Origin: Clostridiales bacterium
Lineage (GTDB): Bacteria; Bacillota; Desulfotomaculia; Desulfotomaculales; VENG01
Direction: 5' to 3'
Assembly: GCA_021736985.1 (NCBI GenBank)
Contig: JAIPEW010000005.1
Coordinates: 26,413 to 90,412, forward strand
Length of the DNA: 64,000 nt
The position numbers and the translations under genes are program-made. The notes beneath the pieces were generated by a model. The model did not search any database. It had not been told where the DNA came from and worked only from the letters and a program-made list of their open reading frames with translations. Below are positions 1 through 8,145 of the stretch, one piece after another (the first letter of the stretch is position 1; every line of letters begins with the position of its first letter).

Positions 1-735
1 GCGGCCTTTTCGTTCGCGCAGCTTCGTAATTGCGCCTGGATCTTTCCCGCTGCAGGCCAGGTGAAAACCGCCAAGGCCTTTTATTGCTAATATTTCTCCC
101 CGGGTTAGAAGCTGCCGGGATTTTTCCAGCCAGCTGTCGTTAATTTCTTTACCCTGTTTATCTGCAAGCCATGCCCGGGGACCGCACTCAGGACAGGCAA
201 CAGGCTGGGCGTGAAAGCGCCTGTCTGCAGGATTTATGTATTCTTTCTCGCATTTTTTGCACATGGGAAAAGTGGACATGGAAGTCTGGGAACGGTCATA
301 TGGCAAATCCTTGATTATGGTAAAGCGGGGCCCGCAGTTAGTACAGTTGGTAAAAGGGTAGAAGTAGTGGCGGTTAGAAGGATCAAAAATCTCTTTTTGA
401 CATTCTGCACAGGTTGCTACGTCCGGTGGCGCAACTGATTCTCCGGTTGCATTTCCCCCGGTAGAACTAATTATAAACTTTTCATGCCCCTGCAGGGAGT
501 TATCTTGTATTCTGCAGGTATTTATCTGTGCAAGACGCGGTGGTTTGTTTCTTAGCTTGCCAGTAAATTTTTCAACTTGATCTTTTTCGCCTTCTATTTC
601 TATAAATACACCACTGCCGGTGTTGCATACTGTTCCTCGCAGTTTCATTTTACAGGCCAGGTTGTATATATACGGCCTGAATCCCACTCCCTGAACTGTT
701 CCGGTTACAGTAATTTTACGATTGATTTGTTTCAA
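1..735 (-). CDS. hypF: [NiFe]-hydrogenase maturation carbamoyltransferase HypF, N-terminal part (gene runs off the left edge of the window)
   Basis: Absent from the ORF track because it has no stop in the window. My minus-strand translation from TTG at 735 gives LKQINRKITVTGTVQGVGFRPYIYNLA (acylphosphatase-like). It then shows two zinc-finger pairs (CAECQKEI..CTNCGPRFT and CKKCEKEY..CPECGPRAW) and LAIKGLGGFHLAC (start of the YrdC-like domain). It begins 15 nt after the hypE stop. Confidence 0.9.
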   Translation of the reverse strand, partial: MKQINRKITVTGTVQGVGFRPYIYNLACKMKLRGTVCNTGSGVFIEIEGEKDQVEKFTGKLRNKPPRLAQINTCRIQDNSLQGHEKFIISSTGGNATGESVAPPDVATCAECQKEIFDPSNRHYFYPFTNCTNCGPRFTIIKDLPYDRSQTSMSTFPMCKKCEKEYINPADRRFHAQPVACPECGPRAWLADKQGKEINDSWLEKSRQLLTRGEILAIKGLGGFHLACSGKDPGAITKLRERKGR

Positions 736-750
736 TAAGAACACCTCTAT

Positions 751-1758
751 TTAGCATATCCTTGGTAAAGGATTGCCTGCAAGCAAATTTAATGTCTTGG
801 TGCCTCCCAGTGCAGTTTCTAGATAAACGCTGCCGCTGCCTTCCCGGACGTCACCAATAATTACAGGGTCAGGCCCGTAAGGACTTTCCTGCAGGAGCTC
901 CAGGACTTTTTCTGCATCTCCGGGGGCTGTAATAACCAGGAATCTGCCCTCGTTGGCCAGGTACAGCGGATCTAATCCCAGTATTTGTGCAGCTCCTTCT
1001 ACGGCGGGGTCTGCGGGGAGGGAATTTTCTTTTACACGTATATCTATTTCGCTGCCTTCGGCTATTTCTCTGGCAGCAGTAGCCAGTCCACCCCTGGTTA
1101 AGTCGCGCATAATTTTGACTTTCGGGCAGTTGTCCCAGATTTTACTTATAATATTGTTTAGCGGTGCACAGTCGCTTTCCAGGGGCCCTTCAAGCCCGAG
1201 ATCTTCCTGCGCTGATAGTACGGTAAGGCCGTGTTTACCGAGACTACCGTTAATTATAACCTTGTCTCCCGGCTGCGGGGCCCGTCCGGGAGACAAGCCC
1301 GGTGGAACTGTGCCTATCCCGGTAGTATTTATGAAAATTTTGTCTGCATGCCCGCGGGGAACAACCTTGGTATCCCCGGCAACTATTGTTGTACCGGCCT
1401 CGATACAGGTATTAGCCATAGAAGATGTTATTCTTTCCAGGTCCTCTAAAGAAAAACCTTCTTCAATGATAAAAGATGCGGTAAGGTATTGCGGGCGTGC
1501 TCCGCTTACTGCTAAATCGTTTACTGTTCCGCACACGGCAAGCTTCCCGATATCCCCGCCCGGGAAAAAAATAGGGTTAACGACAAATGAGTCAGTTGTC
1601 ATGGCCAGTTTACCTTTTCCCGGTGTAAAAACTGCTGCATCTGACATCTGCTGCAGCAGGGGGTTATTAAAATATTTTAAAAATAAATTGTCTATAAGCT
1701 GGCGGGTTAATAATCCTCCATCCCCGTGAGCTAGGAGTATTGTAGAATTGCCTGGCAT
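751..1758 (-). CDS. hypE: hydrogenase expression/formation protein HypE (PurM-like, C-terminal PRIC)
   Basis: 335 aa. N-terminal LLAHGDGG, a PurM/AIR-synthase-like fold, and the protein ends in the HypE-specific ..PLPRIC cysteine. Confidence 0.92.
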   Translation of the reverse strand: MPGNSTILLAHGDGGLLTRQLIDNLFLKYFNNPLLQQMSDAAVFTPGKGKLAMTTDSFVVNPIFFPGGDIGKLAVCGTVNDLAVSGARPQYLTASFIIEEGFSLEDLERITSSMANTCIEAGTTIVAGDTKVVPRGHADKIFINTTGIGTVPPGLSPGRAPQPGDKVIINGSLGKHGLTVLSAQEDLGLEGPLESDCAPLNNIISKIWDNCPKVKIMRDLTRGGLATAAREIAEGSEIDIRVKENSLPADPAVEGAAQILGLDPLYLANEGRFLVITAPGDAEKVLELLQESPYGPDPVIIGDVREGSGSVYLETALGGTKTLNLLAGNPLPRIC

Positions 1759-1844
1759 AATAACACCTCTTTAATTTGGAAACTTTAATATGAAAATAGT
1801 TAAAGGTACCATAAGGGGTTGCATTAGAAAACTTTGTTGTTTAC

Positions 1845-2068
1845 CGGGCCGGTGGTACTCTCCGCTCCCTACTCCGGCACATAAAATTGTTCGAGCTCAA
1901 TCGGCCTCGGGCGCCGGAAAACTCGCTCCCTGCGGTCGCTCAGACATGCACCGGCGCTTTTCCTCGGCCTCATTCGCTCTTTGAATGCGCCTCCGTACGT
2001 CCGCTCCAAGTACCACCGGCCTTTACATGGTTGCTGAAAGAGTTTTCATACTCCGTTGTGAGCAATGC
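1845..2068 (-). repeat. GC-rich structured repeat module, full-length copy U1, in the hypE-hypD spacer
   Basis: About 85-90% identical by eye to the reverse complement of 39722-39945. A 12-bp closing stem joins ggccggtggtac (1847-1858) and gtaccaccggcc (2010-2021). The conserved leader ccgttgtgagcaa lies at 2053-2065. The element is clearly more GC-rich than the AT-rich intergenic DNA elsewhere in the window. Confidence 0.85.
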
Positions 2069-2089
2069 AAGTCAAGAACCGTCCCCGTA

Positions 2090-3196
2090 TTAATTTTTTT
2101 CGTACTGGTAATAAGCTGCACAGGCTCCTTCTGAAGAGACCATGCAAGGACCTACCGGATTGGCCGGTGTGCACTTGCGGGCAAATAAAGGGCATTCCGG
2201 GGGAGTGATTAAGCCCTGTAAAAGTTCGCCGCATCTGCATCCTTTAGGTTCAGGTGGTTCCTGTATATCTATGGAAAACCTGCGTGCTGCGTCGTAATGG
2301 CTGTATTTATCTTTTATTAAGAGTCCGCTATTTTCAATAAAACCAAATCCCCGCCAGGGTGCCTGTCCGCAGTAAAAACAGTTGTTAATTGCTTTTTGTG
2401 CTTCCGGGTTGCCGCTTTCTTTTACGGCCCAGCGGTAGGCATTAACAACTTCAGGCTCTTTTGAGATAATTCTGTCAAGCAGGGTATATATAGAATTAAG
2501 TATATCGACAGGTGTAAAACCGGTAATAACTGCCGGAATACCGTAATTGTCTCCAATAAAATTGAAAGGCTGCTTGCCAGTGGTTATACTGACGTGCCCG
2601 GGAAGAATAAAACCGTCCAGCGACATTTTATTGTTATTCAGCAGGGTGTCAATTGCAGGCGGCATTATTTTATTAGCCGGGTAGACGCTGAAATTATGAA
2701 TATTAAGTTCATATGCCTGTTGTATACCCAGGGCAACAAGGGGGGCAGTGGTTTCGAAGCCAACCCCTAAGAATATAATTTCTTGTTCCGGTTTTTCCCG
2801 GGCAAGTGCAGCAGCATCAGCAGGAGAATATACAATCTTAATGCTGGCTCCTGAAGCACGTTCTTTTTCCAGGGTAGTATGCAGCCCGGGGACGCGCAGC
2901 ATGTCCCCAAAAGTAGTTATTGTAACCCCTGGAATTCGGGACAGGGCTATCATTCGTTCCATGTCACCGGCAGAGGTTACGCAAACCGGGCAGCCGGGCC
3001 CGCTGCGAAGTTCCAATACCGCTGAAAACAGGCTGCGCAATCCAAATTTGGAGACTGCTGCAGTATGAGTACCGCATACTTCCATTAGCCTTACCGGGCG
3101 GCCGAGGTGTTGTGCTGCCTGGTTCGCTTTGTTTTTAATTTTTTTTATCATTAGCCTGCCAAGTTCAGGATCATTCAGCCTGTTTAGTGCCTTCAA
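2090..3196 (-). CDS. hypD: hydrogenase formation protein HypD
   Basis: 368 aa with MEVCGTHT, GPGCPVCV and a C-terminal GACAAYY-type Fe-S motif region. It overlaps hypC by 26 bp. Confidence 0.92.
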   Translation of the reverse strand: MKALNRLNDPELGRLMIKKIKNKANQAAQHLGRPVRLMEVCGTHTAAVSKFGLRSLFSAVLELRSGPGCPVCVTSAGDMERMIALSRIPGVTITTFGDMLRVPGLHTTLEKERASGASIKIVYSPADAAALAREKPEQEIIFLGVGFETTAPLVALGIQQAYELNIHNFSVYPANKIMPPAIDTLLNNNKMSLDGFILPGHVSITTGKQPFNFIGDNYGIPAVITGFTPVDILNSIYTLLDRIISKEPEVVNAYRWAVKESGNPEAQKAINNCFYCGQAPWRGFGFIENSGLLIKDKYSHYDAARRFSIDIQEPPEPKGCRCGELLQGLITPPECPLFARKCTPANPVGPCMVSSEGACAAYYQYEKN

Positions 3197-3410
3197 TGCT
3201 TAATAATTCCTCCCATAACTTTATTGTTTCTTCTGCCTCGGCCAGGTCCAGTTTTTCTATTGCATAGCCGGCATGAACGAGTACGTAGTCACCCGGCTCT
3301 ACTTCGCCTACCAGGTGAAGTCCTACCTTGCGTTTTATTCCGCCTGTTTCTATAATTGCCCATTGTTTTTCCGGTATTTCTATTATGGGAGCAGGTATTC
3401 CCAGGCACAT
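3171..3410 (-). CDS. hypC: hydrogenase assembly chaperone HypC/HupF
   Basis: The track ORF begins MKIMCLGIP. HypC needs an N-terminal Met-Cys, and the internal ATG at 3410 gives MCLGIPAP with GAGGTG 6 nt upstream. Confidence 0.88.
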   Translation of the reverse strand: MCLGIPAPIIEIPEKQWAIIETGGIKRKVGLHLVGEVEPGDYVLVHAGYAIEKLDLAEAEETIKLWEELLSIEGTKQAE

Positions 3411-3454
3411 TATTTTCACCTCTTGTATTTACAAACTCTAAATTGCTTTACACG

Positions 3455-4123
3455 TTAAGCTTCTTGACCATTGCCTTTTGTAATGGATTTTAGCCAGCTG
3501 CACCACTCGTCTAAGCCTTCTTTTGTAGTTGTTGAAGTCACAAATATGTTGGTGCCGGTGTTTATTTGCTTTATTTCATTGATGCATGTATCAAGATCAA
3601 AATCTAAATGGGGCAGCAGGTCTATTTTATTAATAACTGTTGTACCGGCATCTCTAAATATCCCGGGATATTTAGAGGGCTTATCTATACCTTCTGTTAT
3701 ACTTAAGACTGCTACTCTTGTGTGTTCACCCAGGTCAAAATTTACCGGGCAGACCAGGTTGCCAACGTTTTCAATAAATAGAAGGTCCAGCTGTTCCAGG
3801 GGCAGTTCTTTAACTGCGCGGGCTACCATGCTGGAATTGAGGTGGCACATCCCTTCGGTATTTACCTGGACTGCATGCAGGCCTGCTTTTTCAATTCTTT
3901 CTGCATCTCGTGCAGTATAAAGGTCGCCTACAACTACGCCTATATTGTAATCTCTTAAAGAATCTGCACTTTTTTCTAAAAGGGTGGTTTTGCCGGACCC
4001 GGGAGAACTTATCATGTTTATGACTGATACATTATTTTTGTTGAAAAGTTCACGATTTTGTTCGGCCTGGTCAGTATTAGCCCGGAGCAGGTCTTTTTCC
4101 ATGATTACTTTCAAAGTTTTCAA
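3455..4123 (-). CDS. hypB: hydrogenase nickel incorporation GTPase HypB
   Basis: 222 aa. P-loop SSPGSGKTTLL, EGMCHL metal-site motif, NKIDL G4-like motif; CobW/UreG/HypB family. Confidence 0.9.
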   Translation of the reverse strand: MKTLKVIMEKDLLRANTDQAEQNRELFNKNNVSVINMISSPGSGKTTLLEKSADSLRDYNIGVVVGDLYTARDAERIEKAGLHAVQVNTEGMCHLNSSMVARAVKELPLEQLDLLFIENVGNLVCPVNFDLGEHTRVAVLSITEGIDKPSKYPGIFRDAGTTVINKIDLLPHLDFDLDTCINEIKQINTGTNIFVTSTTTKEGLDEWCSWLKSITKGNGQEA

Positions 4124-4129
4124 CTCCCT

Positions 4130-4471
4130 TTAGTCGCCTTCATAGTAGTCTATATACAATTCCCTGCCGCTTATCTGTTTGACATTCATACTGCTGCAGG
4201 CTGTACACCTGTATGAAATACCTTCTGGTTTAAATTCAGCATTACAATCTTTGCATTTTATAATTACAGGTTTTTTTTCAACTTCTAATACAGCACCTGC
4301 ACATATTGTATTTTCAGTTAATATTTGAAAGGCAAAATCAAGTGCATCTGGAAGGGCCCCGTGGCTTTCTCCGATAACCAGTTTAACCTTGTGAACTTGC
4401 GTAATATCGTTTTCTGCGGCACTTTCATTGACTATTTCCATGAGGTTTTGTATAAGCGACAGTTCATGCAT
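4130..4471 (-). CDS. hypA: hydrogenase nickel insertion protein HypA
   Basis: 113 aa. N-terminal MHELSL and a zinc site CKDC..CTAC. Confidence 0.9.
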   Translation of the reverse strand: MHELSLIQNLMEIVNESAAENDITQVHKVKLVIGESHGALPDALDFAFQILTENTICAGAVLEVEKKPVIIKCKDCNAEFKPEGISYRCTACSSMNVKQISGRELYIDYYEGD

Positions 4472-4935
4472 ATAAGACCTCCGCTTTTACGGTATTAGCT
4501 GCTTCACCAACCACTTCTTTTATAGGTTGTGATAGTTCTGCAATCCATCGTTGTGGTTGTAAAATTTCTATGCCTATTATAACAATTTCAGAAGGAGATT
4601 GATCAGGCATTACAGCACGGGCAAAGGATAATGCTCCTCTTAATCCTATGCCGTGGGATTGTCCCGGACACAGTATTTTATCCCGGGTAATTCATTTTCA
4701 GTAAACCGTTTAATTGTTCCCGGTGATTTACCTAAAAAGGAGTCTACAAGTATGACTTTGTCAGCTCCCAGCATTAATTCTACCAGGGAAAGCCCCTGAA
4801 CACCTGCTTCTATGATATATTCCTGGGTAAATCAGTATATTCGGTTAAATTTCTTACTACAGCTGTACCAACACCGTCATTACCAGCCAGGTCGCTGCCG
4901 CAGCCAATTATATAAATGTTTTTATCTTTAGTCAT
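4464..4935 (-). pseudogene. hydrogenase maturation endopeptidase (HybD/HoxM/HycI family), disrupted by two frameshifts
   Basis: My translation is split over three frames. Frame 1: MTKDKNIYIIGCGSDLAGNDGVGTAVVRNLTEYTDLPRNIS*. Frame 2: EYIIEAGVQGLSLVELMLGADKVILVDSFLGKSPGTIKRFTENELPG..*. Frame 3: SHGIGLRGALSFARAVMPDQSPSEIVIIGIEILQPQRW..KAEVLYA*. The last stop overlaps the hypA ATG (ATGCATGA). The track has no ORF of 60 aa or more here. Confidence 0.7.
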
Positions 4936-4949
4936 TGAATTATCCCGCA

Positions 4950-5115
4950 TTAATCTACATTTTTTTGTATATCATTAACTATATCACCGTTGGAATCATA
5001 TACAACGGCCCTGAGGAGTATTTCACCGAAAAATAGAATGTGTAGCGCAGCTTATATACGGGTCGTAGGATCTAAATGCCATTTCTACCATGTTTAAAAA
5101 GAGGGATAGAATATT
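4950..5115 (-). pseudogene. relic of a [NiFe]-hydrogenase large subunit, C-terminal ~50 codons only
   Basis: The minus strand reads ..LNMVEMAFRSYDPYISCATHSIF, then after a +1 slip in a T5 run GEILLRAVVYDSNGDIVNDIQKNVD*. This is the DPCxxCxxH nickel-site motif with the first Cys replaced by Tyr (TAT), followed by a protease-cleaved-type tail. There is an in-frame TAA upstream and only AT-rich non-coding DNA 5' of it. Confidence 0.7.
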
Positions 5116-5222
5116 TTATTTTGTTTCATAAAATCCTTATATAAAATAACCAGGTAATTTTATATAATAGTAATATATTCTTTAATTGTTTGTGTAATGT
5201 GAATAATATAAGGAGGAGTTTT

Positions 5223-6107
5223 GTGTTAAAAAGTACACGAAATATTGTTTTTATTTTTCTAGTTGTTGTACTAGTATTAAATATTTATATGATGAGGCAA
5301 ATCAGTAATTTAAAAACTGAAGTTAATCAGCTAAAAGGAAATAATCAACAGCATTCACTAGAACACCGCATAAATACACTCCAGAACAAGTTAAATGATA
5401 TTCAGGAGGCACAGAGGTGGATTACACCGGTTAAACCGGAACTCGGGCCCAGGATAGGAGATAACAAACAGGTAATAAAACTTTCCTGGCAGGTTAAAGA
5501 TTATCAACAGGGGGAATCGGTGTCATTTTTTTACCGCAAGCCCGGTGAAACTAATTTTAATAGAATTGATGCGTCGCATACAGGTGGAGGGCGTTTTGAA
5601 GTTGAATTGAATACAGAAGTTAAGTTAAATCCCTTTATACAAGTAGTATTTAATGAAGAAAACAGTAAAAGTTCAAGAGCAATTGAATCCAATATTGGCG
5701 GTGAGTCTTTCCCTGAATATATTTATTATATAGCTGTGCAAAACGGTGACCAGGTGCGCAGCATTGAAGAAGAAAGAATAAACCCGGGTAAATTAGCGTA
5801 TCACACGGTTTCTCCTTTAAAAGTGGAAATTAAGCCTCTTCCTCAAGGAGAATACGAGGTGGTATTGTTTGAGGAAAATCCTCAAGAACCCAATTTCAAG
5901 TTATCTTCAGCATTTTTAGAAGCTTACTACGATGAGAGACTTATATCCCGGGTAGAATTACAAAAATCCGGTTTACAGGAAAAAAGTTGGCAGGCTCCTA
6001 TTTACAAGGGAGTTTTTGATAAAGAAAAAATAAATGCTTTGTCCCTTGAGCTTGAGTATGATAACGGGAAAACAATTAGAAAGGAACTTCCGAATATACT
6101 ACGTTAA
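5223..6107 (+). CDS. hypothetical membrane-anchored protein (N-terminal TM helix, coiled coil, beta-rich domain)
   Basis: Track ORF 5190-6107. AGGAGG at 5211-5216 favours the GTG at 5223 (VLKSTRNIVFIFLVVVLVL..). No motif recognised. Confidence 0.6.
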   Translation: MLKSTRNIVFIFLVVVLVLNIYMMRQISNLKTEVNQLKGNNQQHSLEHRINTLQNKLNDIQEAQRWITPVKPELGPRIGDNKQVIKLSWQVKDYQQGESVSFFYRKPGETNFNRIDASHTGGGRFEVELNTEVKLNPFIQVVFNEENSKSSRAIESNIGGESFPEYIYYIAVQNGDQVRSIEEERINPGKLAYHTVSPLKVEIKPLPQGEYEVVLFEENPQEPNFKLSSAFLEAYYDERLISRVELQKSGLQEKSWQAPIYKGVFDKEKINALSLELEYDNGKTIRKELPNILR

Positions 6108-6135
6108 AATAGTCACCCGCGCGGGTGGCTATTTT
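6108..6135. terminator. bidirectional hairpin between convergent genes
   Basis: aatagtcacccgcgcgggtggctatttt: a GC stem flanked by an A-run and a T-run. Confidence 0.6.
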
Positions 6136-6791
6136 ATATTATTAATAACAAGCTGTCCTTTTGCATTTTTATAATAAGAAAATTTAATATACTGGTTGCT
6201 CTGGAGTTTGGTCTTAAGTTTGCCGTATGCAGGTAATTTAAAAGACTGCGGCTTGCCGTCAATTTTTATTTCCACGAAATTATTGTCTATTCTTCCTACA
6301 TAAGTTCCTTCTGCAGTAATGTAGTTTTTACCCTTATTATTTTGTATAAACTTAAAATTATCGTTATCTGTGTTTAAGACAGTAATGTTTTTGGAAATAT
6401 TACCTTTTATTTCAACCAGTGTAATAGGATAAGTCAATACCTGGTTAACAGCACTGTCTTTATCCGGTTCTGTCTCTTTTACCGTTATTACAATATTTTT
6501 GTTTTGCCTGTTAATTCCTATTGGAGTGATATCATAACCGCTGGTTCTTTTTTCACCCGAACTTATTAATACCAGGCTGTTTTCCAGGTTATATTTGCCG
6601 GGTTTGAAAACATAATATCCCCTTTTATTTTTAATGTCAGGTATTTCTTCTGTAATATTTGCCGGTAAATTTTTAAGGCTGTTAATTTCTTTATAGTTAA
6701 TATCTTTTTGACTTTGATTGTCTTGACTGCTGCAGCCTACAAGAGCGATTGACATTATTAAGCCCAATACTATTGTTAGTAGTTTTTTCAT
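6129..6791 (-). CDS. lipoprotein, possibly PrcB-C-terminal-domain family
   Basis: Lipobox signal MKKLLTIVLGLIMSIALVGCSS. The segment SGEKRTSGYDITPIGI resembles the PrcB_C signature, but this is from memory only. Confidence 0.45.
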   Translation of the reverse strand: MKKLLTIVLGLIMSIALVGCSSQDNQSQKDINYKEINSLKNLPANITEEIPDIKNKRGYYVFKPGKYNLENSLVLISSGEKRTSGYDITPIGINRQNKNIVITVKETEPDKDSAVNQVLTYPITLVEIKGNISKNITVLNTDNDNFKFIQNNKGKNYITAEGTYVGRIDNNFVEIKIDGKPQSFKLPAYGKLKTKLQSNQYIKFSYYKNAKGQLVINNIK

Positions 6792-6985
6792 AAAAATTTC
6801 TCCCTGTTAATTATTCTTGTGCTTTTAGACGGGTAAGTTTATATTTTGTTCCAGCGGACAGATAATAGGATGCATGTGTGTAAAATCCTGTAATTTCCTC
6901 TGTCTTTTTTAGAGATAGAAAGGGATGTTTTTTTTAGATGTCGAAATTATTATTATAAGCTATCTAAATTTTGGGGGGCCCGACA

Positions 6986-7840
6986 TTGAAAAAATATGCA
7001 TCACTGGTAATTATTCTATCATTTATTTTAGCAATTGGTTATTTCGCTAATACCGGAGAAATACTATCCAGCATCTTTAATAAAGTATCCCTTGGACAAG
7101 CCCGTGCTGTAGATGAACCTGCAGACAATAAAGGACATATAAATAATAATGAGAACTCTGCTGTTGAAAAAAAACCTGGTAAGGATGATGAGCCAGTGGA
7201 ATCTTATCTTGAAAGAACTGTTGTATCAAATGAAGAAGGTAAAAAAATAATAAAAGAACCATCAAAGACTTTAGTACTTGTTAATAAAAAACGCAATCTT
7301 CCGGCGGGTTATGAACCACCTAACCTGGTAATCCCCAATATACCTTTTCCTTTTAAAGAAAACCTGGAAAAAAAATATCTGAGGAAAATTGCTGCCGGGG
7401 CGCTGGAAGAGTTGTTTAAAGAAGTCAAAAATAAAGGTCTTGATATGTATGGTTTGTCCGGCTATCGCTCCTATACAACTCAGAAAAATATATTTGATTA
7501 CAAGGCCGAAATGCGCGGGGAAGAAGTAGCTAATAAAACCAGCGCTCGACCGGGACAAAGTGAACATCAAACGGGCCTTGCCATGGATGTGACCAGCCCG
7601 AAAGTTAATTTCAGGCTGCTGCAAAGTTTTGGGGAGACTGAGGAGGGTATATGGCTGGCGAAAAATGCCCATAAGTTCGGGTTTATAATAAGGTATCCCG
7701 AGGGGAAAGAGGATATAACTGGTTATAGTTATGAACCGTGGCATCTGCGTTATGTAGGGAAGGACATTGCAGAAGATATTTATGAAGAAAGAGTAACCCT
7801 GGAAGAGTATATGGCAAAAACATATACAGGAGAAAAGTAG
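6986..7840 (+). CDS. D-alanyl-D-alanine carboxypeptidase, peptidase M15B (VanY-like)
   Basis: SEHQTGLAMD and EPWHLRYVG zinc-site motifs plus an N-terminal TM helix. The track start is 6971; the in-frame TTG at 6986 has GGGGGG 7 nt upstream. Confidence 0.85.
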   Translation: MKKYASLVIILSFILAIGYFANTGEILSSIFNKVSLGQARAVDEPADNKGHINNNENSAVEKKPGKDDEPVESYLERTVVSNEEGKKIIKEPSKTLVLVNKKRNLPAGYEPPNLVIPNIPFPFKENLEKKYLRKIAAGALEELFKEVKNKGLDMYGLSGYRSYTTQKNIFDYKAEMRGEEVANKTSARPGQSEHQTGLAMDVTSPKVNFRLLQSFGETEEGIWLAKNAHKFGFIIRYPEGKEDITGYSYEPWHLRYVGKDIAEDIYEERVTLEEYMAKTYTGEK

Positions 7841-7845
7841 GTTTT

Positions 7846-7870
7846 AAAAGGGCCCCGGGCCCTTTTTTCT
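7846..7870 (+). terminator. intrinsic terminator after the vanY-like gene
   Basis: aaaagggccccgggcccttttttc. Confidence 0.75.
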
Positions 7871-7889
7871 TTAATCCTGAAAAATCTAT

Positions 7890-8030
7890 GATCTGACATG
7901 TACCGGCGCTTTTCTTCGGCCTCAATCGCTTTTTGAATACGCCTCTGTACGTCCGCTCCGAGTACCACCGGCCTTTAAACGGTTGATGAAAGGTTTTCAT
8001 ACTTACGTTGTGACCAAAAAGTTCGTGAGG
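7890..8030 (-). repeat. GC-rich structured repeat module, 5'-arm-truncated copy U2
   Basis: It aligns with the right half of U1 (ctgacatgtaccggcgcttttcttcggcctca..gagtaccaccggcctttaaacggttgatgaaaggttttcatacttacgttgtgacc). The left closing-stem arm is missing. Confidence 0.8.
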
Positions 8031-8145
8031 GGTTAATTAGAAAATGTTAATTATGTGTTTTTATGCTTGTTTGTTCTGGAAGGTTTATGTTTATGCTTCA
8101 AGAATAATTATATAAATTTATTTAATTATTAAGAGGTGATAATTA

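Noticed and set aside
953-1729. Long antisense ORFs inside well-supported genes. Examples: 953-1729 opposite hypE, 3471-3920 opposite hypB, 27259-28161 opposite the ATPase, 43316-43912 opposite feoB, 20564-21091 opposite the MCP.
   Set aside because: Each lies wholly within a gene whose translation carries clear family motifs. Their own translations are low-complexity with no motifs or SD, so they are typical shadow ORFs.
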